From the IMG/VR virus record IMGVR_UViG_3300045988_107889, positions 32,001 to 96,000 of that record: a DNA stretch of 64,000 bases; one strand, given 5' to 3'. The first letter of the stretch is position 1, and each line of letters starts with the position of its first letter. Source of the stretch: a virus. The notes beneath the pieces are model-generated. The model made no database searches. It was not told the DNA's origin and saw nothing but the letters and a program-made list of their open reading frames with translations. The translations under genes and the position numbers were made by a program. Positions 9,894 through 18,652 of this stretch are shown here, in pieces.

Positions 9894-10214
9894 TTACTTC
9901 TTCTTATTCCGTAGCTCCGCCATTTGCGGGGACTCGATCTTAAACCACTCGCCAGGGAAGGTGGCCTCGATCACCGTGTCATCCTCTCGCATGACGTGGA
10001 CACGGGGAGAGGTGGTGGCCAACTCACCAATCATCCGCTGACTCCAATACTCCGTAGCGATGATTCTGTAGCGGTTAGCGCCGGGTTCACAGATCACTAC
10101 GGTCGGGGTGACGCCCGGTTCGATCTTCATGTCGGACGGCCATTCGTCCGGGTAGTGTACGTGCGGTACATACTGTTTTTCGTTGCGCTTCTTCATCTTG
10201 TCAAATAAACCCAT
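9894..10214 (-). CDS. hypothetical protein
   Basis: The ATG at 10214 has SD GGAGGA 7 nt upstream. The ORF-track start at 10229 lies inside that SD. Confidence 0.6.
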   Translation of the reverse strand: MGLFDKMKKRNEKQYVPHVHYPDEWPSDMKIEPGVTPTVVICEPGANRYRIIATEYWSQRMIGELATTSPRVHVMREDDTVIEATFPGEWFKIESPQMAELRNKKK

Positions 10215-10230
10215 TTTACATTCCTCCATT

Positions 10231-10494
10231 TCAAATCTCTGTCATGACATTTATTATCAGAGCCTCAGCTGCTTCGACCCACCGCCCGTCCAGCTCGACT
10301 AACCCAAGGTCTTCCGGATCGACGGTTGGGTCAAAAAATTCGCACTGGCTGTCCAGCTCATAATACAAGTATACACTATTTTTTTCTGGGGTAGTGTCGG
10401 TTCTCTTATTTTCCTGAAACGAGTTACAGTTGTCGTACCACACGCAGCACTTGCATAGATTGACGCAGGTGTTGTGTGCGCTGATGTCTATCAC
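10231..10494 (-). CDS. hypothetical Cys-rich protein
   Basis: 87 aa, 'CVNLCKCCVWYDNC'. The GTG start overlaps the SD AGGAGG, so the start is uncertain. Confidence 0.5.
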   Translation of the reverse strand: MIDISAHNTCVNLCKCCVWYDNCNSFQENKRTDTTPEKNSVYLYYELDSQCEFFDPTVDPEDLGLVELDGRWVEAAEALIINVMTEI

Positions 10495-10587
10495 CTCCTA
10501 TCAAGTGGTCAGTTTAGTGTAAGAACTCCTATGTAGTTGCATGAAAACGAGGGAAATAATCTGTAGGGTATATAGACATATACCCGT

Positions 10588-11622
10588 TCAGTTTATTCTA
10601 TTTACGTAGTCTAGTGTCGGGCCTTTTATATGATGATAGGGATACCGTCGGAACGGAGAGCCGAACGGGTCCGGGTAACCCCAGTACAGCTCCAGGCAGA
10701 TCCGTTTGTACTCTGGCGGGCCGTCGGCGTAGATGACGTTGGGGTTTACCATCATTAGGTAGTCGCTCCCATCTTTGTCAATTCGGCAGAGCTGTTGCTC
10801 TACGCCATCGTGCTTAAAAGTGATCCCTAAAAATTTTTCCTTGAGTTTGTCTATATAGTAGGAAGCCCGGCGCGGCTCGTAACCTAACACCCTGCAGATA
10901 TCTTGGGCGGCTAAGGGGACAATCTCATCGCTACGTGTTTCATCTGGGTTGTAACAGAGGTAGTTGTGTTCACAATTAAGGTTTGGTGTTAGTCTCAGCA
11001 CAGCTCCTATGTATTTTAAATTGCCGGTTCCTTTTTTATAAAGCTGGAGGAAGGTGTCTTTTTTAACTTTTCGAACCTTAACATATTGCCACGACCCGCT
11101 TGTTGGCTTAGTTCCACGTAGAAAGAAATTATCGTTTATATACCAATGACCAAACCAGTCTGGTCGAAGTATATTTAAGGGAACACATTTTAAAAATAAA
11201 TTATCTAAACTACTCTTATCAAGCATAGCAATCTCTCCGATCTCGGTTCTAGTAGCCATCTGAGGAGAGTGCGTGCTACTAGAAAGAATCACATGCCAAT
11301 GATTATCTTCGGTCTCGGTCGTGTCAAAAGCGTCTAGATCAAAGCTGTCGTCGCTGTCGCTGCCGTCTATGTCGCTATCGCCATCAGGACTACTATCGCC
11401 GCTGTCACCCTTACTGAAATCTATTTCTATCACCGGGATAGTGTGGAGTGACAAAGCCACAAGCCTGGGCAGGGTATCCAGCCTAACGCCAGCGCAGAAG
11501 CCCTGGAGGTCATAAGCGGCGCTAGGAGGAAACACCAAGTTGCTGGACAGTACGTCCTCGCCATACTGAATATCAGACGTATCACAGCCGGACAGCATTG
11601 CTACTATTTTAGTTACTGACAT
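10588..11622 (-). CDS. hypothetical protein with an acidic linker; C-terminal domain paralogous to 11613-12323
   Basis: 344 aa with a D/S-rich stretch. The C-terminal 'GAVLRLTPNLNCEHNYLCYNPDE...IVPLAAQDICRVLGY' aligns with 'GTVLRLIPFIHKSEHVLCWNPYE...IAPLTFTDVCRVLGR' in the neighbouring gene. Confidence 0.65.
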   Translation of the reverse strand: MSVTKIVAMLSGCDTSDIQYGEDVLSSNLVFPPSAAYDLQGFCAGVRLDTLPRLVALSLHTIPVIEIDFSKGDSGDSSPDGDSDIDGSDSDDSFDLDAFDTTETEDNHWHVILSSSTHSPQMATRTEIGEIAMLDKSSLDNLFLKCVPLNILRPDWFGHWYINDNFFLRGTKPTSGSWQYVKVRKVKKDTFLQLYKKGTGNLKYIGAVLRLTPNLNCEHNYLCYNPDETRSDEIVPLAAQDICRVLGYEPRRASYYIDKLKEKFLGITFKHDGVEQQLCRIDKDGSDYLMMVNPNVIYADGPPEYKRICLELYWGYPDPFGSPFRRYPYHHIKGPTLDYVNRIN

Positions 11623-12323
11623 AGGGGCATCAACTCTTTGAAGTAGACAAGTCCCGCGTTTATAAAAATGGCATACCGCCCTTCATGATAGTTGTCTACC
11701 GTACACAGAGGGTGTGTCGATTGTCCGTCCCGAACCGCCATGCTAGACATATTTTTTTCAAATCGCTTCCTGTACTTATCAACATTATTGGTGCTTCTGC
11801 CCAGCACTCGGCAGACATCCGTAAATGTGAGCGGCGCAATCAAGTCTAGATTTTCTTCGTACGGATTCCAGCACAACACATGCTCGCTCTTATGTATAAA
11901 TGGGATCAGTCGAAGTACGGTGCCAATCTCTTTTGCGCTCTTCACGTTGTCCGTATACAGTCTTTGATATTTAGGCACGGACAGTCGTGCGGTTGGGGCG
12001 GCGTACCTTTTCTGCCGTGGCAGCCTACCCTTAGCGAACAACCAGTTACTCAAGATCAAGCATCCCTGGGCGCTTTCGTCCACCAGACGCGCCCGTTCCA
12101 TATCGTCTAAAAATTTGTAAAAGGCGTCTTTCCCAATCTGTAAGATATCTTGGGCCTCACTCTTTGACATTGGGTGCTGCGCTCTCGTGCGGCCAGCCAT
12201 CACCACACTCCCATCTTGCATCGGGTTCTCTGAATACTGCATGTGCGTCGCCAGCATAGCGACCCTAGCTAAGTTTGCCAAAGTGATGTCCGGGCAGAAA
12301 CATTCCCCGATTTGTTTGGGCAA
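11613..12323 (-). CDS. hypothetical HTH-type protein (paralogue of 10588-11622); probably extends to about 12515-12521
   Basis: The ORF-track start is TTG 12323 with no good SD. The frame is open up to 12521 and is preceded by a strong SD AGGAGG (12525-12530). Confidence 0.65.
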   Translation of the reverse strand: MPKQIGECFCPDITLANLARVAMLATHMQYSENPMQDGSVVMAGRTRAQHPMSKSEAQDILQIGKDAFYKFLDDMERARLVDESAQGCLILSNWLFAKGRLPRQKRYAAPTARLSVPKYQRLYTDNVKSAKEIGTVLRLIPFIHKSEHVLCWNPYEENLDLIAPLTFTDVCRVLGRSTNNVDKYRKRFEKNMSSMAVRDGQSTHPLCTVDNYHEGRYAIFINAGLVYFKELMPLCQ

Positions 12324-12569
12324 CCTTAGGAATATGAACTGTTCGTCAGATCGGACACGAGCGTTCGCTCTAAAGACATCAATGCCTCGCTCCTTCTGCC
12401 TCTGAACTATTTTGATTTCTTCATCTTGGTGTAGAGGGCGGAAGCCATGCCCGCGTCTAAAAATACCGAAGGTGTTGTCTGGACCTCGCTCAATTGATTC
12501 GTAGCGTTTATCTATAGTGTGCTACCTCCTTATAAAAATTTTGTTGTCGCGGCCTTGCCGCCTGATTAT

Positions 12570-12598
12570 AATATACAAGTTTTTCTTTCAAACGTCAA
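12570..12598 (-). promoter_or_regulatory. sigma70/sigmaA-type promoter for the left-arm operon
   Basis: On the - strand: TTGACG (12598-12593), a 17-nt spacer 'tttgaaagaaaaacttg', then TATATT (12575-12570). It belongs to the same 'TTGAC[GA]TTTGAAA' family as three other promoters in the window. Confidence 0.6.
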
Positions 12599-12965
12599 GG
12601 GGATAGAGTGGAACTCGTGCGAAATCCAACTCGAAATATTCTGATAAAAAATATACTGGGCGACTATGAACAATTGTGAATAAATTATGAACATACATGA
12701 ACGAATTGTTAACAAATAGATTTTCGGACACACTCTGCTATCTTGTCCGCGATACGCTACGCCCCTTCCATATCCTTGAAATTCTGCGCTTCTTTAGATG
12801 CCTGTGGCCTGAAGCTCAATATTTAATTGTGAACAAACTATTAACAAAATACGTTCACTTTAACAGGTAGGCGTACTTTGGCAGAAAAATAGGCGTACTT
12901 AGACAGAAAGAGCGGATTGTGATTTTGTGTTGATATACCAACATTTTTTAGCTGTTGAGACACTT

Positions 12966-13006
12966 GTATTATATCTTATATCTATATATACATATATATA
13001 GTAATT
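12966..13006. repeat. AT-rich (TA)n-like tract
   Basis: 'gtattatatcttatatctatatatacatatatatagtaa' lies next to the iteron-like array. It is a possible DNA-unwinding element. Confidence 0.6.
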
Positions 13007-13030
13007 CTCTCCGTCACACCTCTATCTCTT

Positions 13031-13978
13031 GTAAGGTAGTCCGTGGCGTGTCAGTAGATCAGCCGTCCTATCTCTTCGCCCCGGCCTGGAGAAGTAGGTA
13101 AGTCCGTAGAAGGGAAAAGGAAAGGTACGCCTGCGGCGTAGTCCGTAGAGAGAAAAGTGAGATGAGCTGTCTTGCTTGTGTGGGTAGTAGTTCTGTAACG
13201 CTGGTGGTGGGTAGGGCTGCGCCGGGATGAACGCGAGATGGTAGGGGGCGAAAGAATGTAGGTTAGCAGGTAGAAGGAAAAGTGATCCGTAGAGGGAAGA
13301 GTGGGTAAGGGCGTGGTGCATGGTGGATGTGGGGAGCGCTATGTTGTTCGCCAGAGGTGAGCTAGGTTTCGGAAGGTAGCAGACCGTCATATCTCCATCC
13401 TGTGTATGGCCGCTGCAGCGGCGGCTTGTTAGGTCGCTGCGCTCCCGAAGATTTTTTATTTTTAGCCCGTACAAGAAAAATGGAGTAGAAGAACTTTTCC
13501 TGTTGGTGGGGACGGCGTAACGGAATGATGGTCAGGCTTCCAGGCCATGACCTTCTCGCAGGAGAGGTTGGAGCTTTCTACAAAAGAAAGCGTGAGAGCG
13601 GCAGGAGTGGGAGATCAGCGAAGAGGGTTGGCAAGACGGAGCCGACGTGGATGGTTGAGGGGAAGAGCTGTTCTGCGATAGGAGGCGGGACTTGCAACGC
13701 TTCGCGTGAGGATTCATTTTTTTAGCCCGTAGAAAGAAATGGGATGAGAAGAGTGCTGGTTACGGAAGTAACTAGGGGTGGGAAGCCGCATAGCCACGGA
13801 CTACCTTACGGTATTTCAATTTTTTAAAAGAAACAGCGCAGGATAGTTATTGGGTGAGAGGTAGAGCGTTTAGGGCCAAGTAGTGCTGGTGGATGGAACA
13901 CCACCTTTTCTCTCTACGGAAAAAGAGCGGGAGCGATTCCGGGAGCGGAGCGACCTACAAGATGCCGCTGCAGCGGCC
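13031..13978. repeat. purine-skewed ORF-free repeat region with iteron-like [TC]CCGTAGA boxes and two interleaved inverted-repeat pairs
   Basis: TCCGTAGA-type boxes sit at 13103, 13142, 13286, 13476 and 13726 (direct) and at 13913-13920 (inverted). IR1 is 17/17 nt, GTAAGGTAGTCCGTGGC, at 13031-13047 versus 13793-13809. IR2 is about 39 nt, at 13418-13457 versus 13940-13978, each containing the palindrome GCCGCTGCAGCGGC. Confidence 0.8.
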
Positions 13979-14140
13979 TTCCGTAAGAGGGAAACTAGAC
14001 GGTTGAACTTACCTATCATGTTTTCTTCCACACTACGCAGAGAAAATAGAACGGAACGGTCAGGGGTATATACCTACATACCCAACATATTATCTCTCTA
14101 ATTTTTCGTGGGACTACAGGAAGAAAATAGACCTCAGAAG

Positions 14141-15031
14141 TCAAATGGCGGCGGGGGTTGAATCAGCAGGTGCTTCGTACAGAGCAGCGAGCTGGTAGTC
14201 GTATCCGTTGCCACCCAGGTTCAGGTTGGTGTAGGCTTCGGTCATCTCTTCCTTGGTGAGGCCGATGTAGCAGAGGGTCTCGTTCATGGAGGAGTGGCCG
14301 AACATCTTCTGGAGGAGTACCAGCTTGCGAGGGTCGTTGCCGGACATCATCATCTGATGATAGCCGAACGTCTTGCGGAGGGAGTGAGAGGAGAACCGGA
14401 AGTCGAAGTTGCAGTGGTCGGCGATATCTTCTAGGATACGATTGACAGATCTTCTGTTGAGAGGACCAGGCTCGTAAGCACCACGGTTGTTGCTCTCAGA
14501 CCGGAACACTAGGTCAGACAGACTGACAGAGTAGGGTGCGTGCTCCAGGTAGAGTTCCACAGCGTCCATGACCGCGTCGTTGATGACAACGTAGCGGTTC
14601 TTTTTTCTTTTACGGGTGGAGGCAGTTTTCTTTTCCAGGATCTCAAAGGATTCTTTAAAGGAGAAGTCCTCGTTTAGGATGTGGGTGAACCGGAGACGCT
14701 GCAGGTCACTAATTCGGAGGCCGAAGTTGATGCCCATGACAAGTAGCATATGATCTCTGTAGCGGTGGTTGTCCAGAAGGTAGGAGCACGCTCTACGGAT
14801 GTCTTCAACACTCTTGATAGGGTCAGCCGCTCGGTCAGGTGCGGTGATGGCCTCTACCGGCTGGTCGCTCTGAGCGGTGATCCGGCTGGCAGCAGATTGC
14901 TTGAGTACCCGTGAACGGCTACTGTCGGCAGTCCGTGAGCGGCGGACAGAGTTGACGTCGATGGACGCGGGGTTGACAGTTTTGCTGGCGGGGTTGACAG
15001 CACTGTTGGGGAAAGAAATTAGGTTGCTCAT
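14141..15031 (-). CDS. tyrosine recombinase / integrase
   Basis: 'GLRISDLQRLRF', 'HSLRKTFGYH' and 'FGHSSMNETLCYIG' give R...HxxR...H..Y. The ATG at 15031 has SD AAGGAGG 8 nt upstream (the ORF-track start is TTG 15037). Confidence 0.9.
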   Translation of the reverse strand: MSNLISFPNSAVNPASKTVNPASIDVNSVRRSRTADSSRSRVLKQSAASRITAQSDQPVEAITAPDRAADPIKSVEDIRRACSYLLDNHRYRDHMLLVMGINFGLRISDLQRLRFTHILNEDFSFKESFEILEKKTASTRKRKKNRYVVINDAVMDAVELYLEHAPYSVSLSDLVFRSESNNRGAYEPGPLNRRSVNRILEDIADHCNFDFRFSSHSLRKTFGYHQMMMSGNDPRKLVLLQKMFGHSSMNETLCYIGLTKEEMTEAYTNLNLGGNGYDYQLAALYEAPADSTPAAI

Positions 15032-15081
15032 TGGCAAAACCTCCTTTTAAATTTGAAATGTTTTCTATTGATTATGTTACT

Positions 15082-15110
15082 ATTATAGCGAAAATGTTTT
15101 CAAATGTCAA
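15082..15110 (-). promoter_or_regulatory. consensus sigma70/sigmaA promoter of the recombinase gene
   Basis: On the - strand: TTGACA (15110-15105), a 17-nt spacer 'tttgaaaacattttcgc', then TATAAT (15087-15082). Confidence 0.75.
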
Positions 15111-15526
15111 GATTTTTGGACGGCGAATTCCAAGAAATTTTCCAAAATTTATGAGCTACTGATTACGTCCCAAAATCAGAGACTGGAGAAACGAAGAGGA
15201 AACTTTAACCAAATAAAGTGAAATGAAAAGTTCTGATAATCAATATGTTGCGGATGGAAGTGGCGAGTTTTGGTGAGAAAAAGTTGTGAAATGGTGGAAC
15301 AACTAATTCCATATTACATTAAAAAACCGGCTTTAAAATATGGAAATTGCCCCCTCTACACCCCATAGGCGGGAAATGGGACGTTACTAATAAACGGTGT
15401 TAGGTACTATAATAGACTATAGTCTAGAACGGCTAATGGTCATTAGCTTGCCTGGCACAAATCAATAATAGGAATAAGTCTCAATAACACATTCTGACCG
15501 AAAAAATAAAAAATGCAAAAAAGGGG

Positions 15527-15556
15527 TTGACAAACCATGTCTATGTCTGGTATACT
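15527..15556 (+). promoter_or_regulatory. rightward sigma70/sigmaA-type promoter
   Basis: TTGACA (15527-15532), 18-nt spacer, TATACT (15551-15556). Confidence 0.6.
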
Positions 15557-15559
15557 CAA

Positions 15560-16545
15560 AGCACAGTCAAGGGACGGACGCCAAACCGGATGGACGGCGA
15601 AAAGTGACAGTCGCCGGTTATGTCCTAACCTGATTGTATGACGTAAACCAGGCCAGCCCGGCGGCCTTGCTCCATAGGAGCGGAAGCCAGGCAAAAAAAT
15701 CCCTGAAGAATCACAAAAACCGCTTGACAAAAACAAGCCGATGTGATAAGATAGGGACAGCTCGAACGGGGCAACCTGTTTTGAGTGGGGCAAAATGAGA
15801 CATTACAAAATCCAGGCAACCGGATAGCAATTTGACTTTTGCCAAAAAATCTACCACTTGACTAACCATTGAGTGGTACGTGCGGATAGCACGCTATACC
15901 GCACGGCGTACCTTGAAAACTCAATGCCAGACATTTCCTTTTCCGGCGTGGGGCGTTTTACCGTATTTATACGGTAAAACCAATGTAAGTTGGTAGCCCT
16001 CCTATGTGTAGTGTACTCCGTATTTATACGGATAATACTATCCATGGCACGATTAACCAGATTGGGAGATGGTAAAACGTGGCAAGTGCTAAAGGCGCAA
16101 GGGTGCAATAAGGCTGGAAACGGCTGGATATTATAGAGGTATCCTATCCTTTTACAGGATTTACCACTCTGTCGGACGTCCCCAGGGGATAACTATACCC
16201 TGGGGAAGAAAGAGGATAAACCGCTAAAACAATAGCGTGCTGGTTGGCACGCCGTGACCTGTTATGCGGGGGCGTTGTGGGATGTACCAGGGTGGCCAGA
16301 AGGGGAAAAAGACTAATAATCTGGAAACGTCAGAGAAAGATTATTAGCAAGTACCTGGAATAAAGTTAGCACAACACCGGATGGCGTGGCTTGTTATGAG
16401 TGCAGTGACGGTAACAAGCATAGGTCTATAGTTAAGACCTATCAGACGGTGATAAAACTCTTACTGGAAAAATCTAGGCCGGGTATGTTTTGTAGTTAGT
16501 AGCGAACGTGAACCCTAAAATTCATGCCCGGCCTATTTTTGAAAG
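15560..16545 (+). ncRNA. candidate large structured non-coding RNA or long structured leader
   Basis: About 1 kb with no credible ORF, downstream of two good promoters. It holds many local and nested helices (15880-15904, 15961-15974, 16018-16031, 16141-16160, 16180-16205, 16313-16347, 16390-16418, 16420-16442). A closing helix 16476-16483/16527-16534 is followed by a T-run. Confidence 0.45.
15724..15752 (+). promoter_or_regulatory. rightward promoter with an extended -10
   Basis: TTGACA (15724-15729), 17-nt spacer, TGaTAAGAT (-10 at 15747-15752). Confidence 0.55.
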
Positions 16546-16660
16546 AGGATTTGTTTTTTTTTATTATCAAATAAGAAGTCGTCAAAAGTGAATCAGACCG
16601 GCGGAACATCCACCTGTGTAATTTACCTTTGAAAATTACTACATAAAAAGGAGAATAACC

Positions 16661-17449
16661 ATGAATAACAATGAATTGTTGAAAAAGTACGAATCCACTA
16701 CCACCACCGACCTGAACAATCAGGTGAAGTCCGCTGTCGAGAAGGCAAACGCCTATGCTAAACAGCCCGAACTGAACCAGGTCGAGCTGTTGAAGCTCCG
16801 TGCCGATGCCGTTGCTCTGGCAGATGACTATAACCGTCTGGTAAAGCTCCGCCGTCTGGGCGAGCTGGCCGCCATGTCCTACGGGGACGCCATCAACGCC
16901 ATGACGGTAGAGGGCGGGGAAACTTGCCCCAAGATGGAAGTGATTCTCGATGGGGAGATCATGAACATCACCACGTCCAACGCCACCCGTATCCGCTGGA
17001 ACGAGTTGTTGAAGGCTGGCCAGTGTCCCGACGGTTACGAAAACCTGGAATCCCTGGTAAAGGTTTTCACCCACAACTGCCTCACCAACAAATTTGAAAA
17101 GGGTCAGTTGGTCGAGCTGCCCCCGCTGGACCCCGCTATCAAAGCGGTCGCTAATGGTCGTGACAACTGGGACTCTGGCTCTATGAATAAGTTGCAGTGC
17201 CAGATCCGGGATCTCATCGGCTGGATGTTCCCGGTGGACGAAGTAGGGGAATACTCTGCTCCTAGAAAGTCTGATGTACGGTGGTTTTCTGACATCGTTT
17301 GCCCTGCGAGTGACCGCGCTGGTGAACCTGCCCACTATGTCCAGCGCAAGGTATCTACTTTGTTGGACTCCCTGTTCAGAGTGTTCTATACCCTGAAAGA
17401 GGAGAAGGAAGTGGTCGTACGGCCTGCAAAAGCTAGCAAGAACCAGTAA
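16661..17449 (+). CDS. hypothetical protein
   Basis: 262 aa. SD AAAGGAG lies 8 nt upstream. First gene of the rightward arm. The overlapping - strand ORF looks like an antisense artefact. Confidence 0.75.
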   Translation: MNNNELLKKYESTTTTDLNNQVKSAVEKANAYAKQPELNQVELLKLRADAVALADDYNRLVKLRRLGELAAMSYGDAINAMTVEGGETCPKMEVILDGEIMNITTSNATRIRWNELLKAGQCPDGYENLESLVKVFTHNCLTNKFEKGQLVELPPLDPAIKAVANGRDNWDSGSMNKLQCQIRDLIGWMFPVDEVGEYSAPRKSDVRWFSDIVCPASDRAGEPAHYVQRKVSTLLDSLFRVFYTLKEEKEVVVRPAKASKNQ

Positions 17450-17559
17450 GTCGTTCCGGCGACTATAAACAGGCGTTAGGCCGGGAGCGTTCGCAGGTTA
17501 GGGCAAGCCCAACCTGCGAGGTCGCAGGAATAACATAGGTGGATTCTGTCTATGCCTGC

Positions 17560-17598
17560 AAAAAAAAAGCTACCCTAGCAGTAGCTTGCTAGGGTAGC
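17560..17598 (-). terminator. terminator-shaped hairpin (a T-run only on the - strand)
   Basis: A9 then GCTACCCTAGCA-gtagct-TGCTAGGGTAGC. Read on the - strand this is a 12-bp stem followed by T9. Confidence 0.4.
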
Positions 17599-17616
17599 GG
17601 AAGGGTAGGACGCTGT

Positions 17617-18609
17617 ATGAGTAACCATACATATGTAGTCGGTGAATATACCGACTATGGTTATAAAGGTGGTGATGGTTTGTATAACGAAGATATTAAG
17701 CGGAATTTTTTGGATACGGAATGCAGTAGCTTGAAAAAGCAAAGAGATATTGCGAAAGTTTTTTCTTCTATCGCGTCGTTTGAGCAAGAGAATGGTCTAG
17801 ACATCGCTGAAATGGGCAAGAATTTGAGCGCGCAGGCTCTTGAACGTACTGGAATAAATGAGTATAGTGGAATTAGGAGTTATATTACTAGGTTAAGAGA
17901 GTATGCAAGATGGTGCGAAAAAAACAATATCTTCCCATCAATCCCCGGCGGGATTTTTGAAGTTTCTCCGGACGATGTGGATATTACAGATTCTCTAAAA
18001 GGGGTTTTGTTTAAAGACGAATTTGACTTGCTGGAGTCTATTAGATTAGTCCGTGACTTTGATTCTGGCTATCCAGAGGTTGCAGCCTTTTGTCTTTACT
18101 GGGTCGGTCTTACAAAAGACGAAGCAGTTTTGCTAAAAGACACTGACGTTGACTTGGAAAACAAGATCGTTTATGTTCATGACGGTATTGTTGCAGAAGA
18201 CTTTTCGGATGCCATTTGTGATGTATTAAACCGTTACCGTAATTGCAAATGGTCAACCCGGGCGAACGGAACTACACTCATGAGCGTTCGCAAGGATTTG
18301 TCTGTTGACACATTTCTTAAAAGGATGTTAACAGATGGTTCTAAAAAATTCGGTATGCCTGTAACAAAAACACAAATCACAGCACTATGTCAAGATGTGG
18401 TGACGGATTGTTCAGCACTTGGTCTCCCTAGTCGTCATACTTTTCAAAACGTCTGGCGGTGCGGTGGGTTCAATCGTATGTACAAGCTGGAACAATCCGG
18501 CGTGGATGTAATGAACCGCCCCACCATAGAAACGGTTTTTCGTGGAAAAAAGAATTACTACGATACACTAAGAATGTATCAATATTATAAAAAGGTCTTT
18601 GGTTTATAA
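17617..18609 (+). CDS. tyrosine-recombinase-like protein, possibly catalytically degenerate
   Basis: 330 aa. 'FCLYWVGLTKDEAVLLKDTDVDLENKIVYV' resembles box I but has T-K where Arg is expected. 'SRHTFQNVW' is HxxR-like, with a C-terminal 'YYDTLRMYQYY'. Confidence 0.6.
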   Translation: MSNHTYVVGEYTDYGYKGGDGLYNEDIKRNFLDTECSSLKKQRDIAKVFSSIASFEQENGLDIAEMGKNLSAQALERTGINEYSGIRSYITRLREYARWCEKNNIFPSIPGGIFEVSPDDVDITDSLKGVLFKDEFDLLESIRLVRDFDSGYPEVAAFCLYWVGLTKDEAVLLKDTDVDLENKIVYVHDGIVAEDFSDAICDVLNRYRNCKWSTRANGTTLMSVRKDLSVDTFLKRMLTDGSKKFGMPVTKTQITALCQDVVTDCSALGLPSRHTFQNVWRCGGFNRMYKLEQSGVDVMNRPTIETVFRGKKNYYDTLRMYQYYKKVFGL

Positions 18610-18638
18610 GCCGTCGCATAGCGACGGCTTAATTTATT
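18608..18638 (+). terminator. rho-independent terminator
   Basis: AAGCCGTCGC-ata-GCGACGGCTT followed by aatttatt. Confidence 0.7.
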
Positions 18639-18652
18639 AGGGAGGGTTACTT

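Noticed and set aside
13022-13474. 150-aa minus-strand ORF (plus short ORFs 13525-13725 and 13883-14101)
   Set aside because: It lies inside the purine-skewed repeat field. Its sequence is low-complexity and P/S/L-rich, and it has no SD. The open frame is explained by the strand composition bias.
15443-16108. Minus-strand ORFs of 64-116 aa in the control region
   Set aside because: They have no SD, overlap the plus-strand promoters and hairpins, and their sequences are Cys/Pro/Leu-rich in a way that does not look like real protein.
16496-17335. 279-aa minus-strand ORF overlapping 16661-17449
   Set aside because: It is antisense to a plus-strand ORF that has a strong SD. Its own sequence is G/V/Q/L-rich and looks like an antisense reading. 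It has no SD, and it would run into the ORF-free control region.
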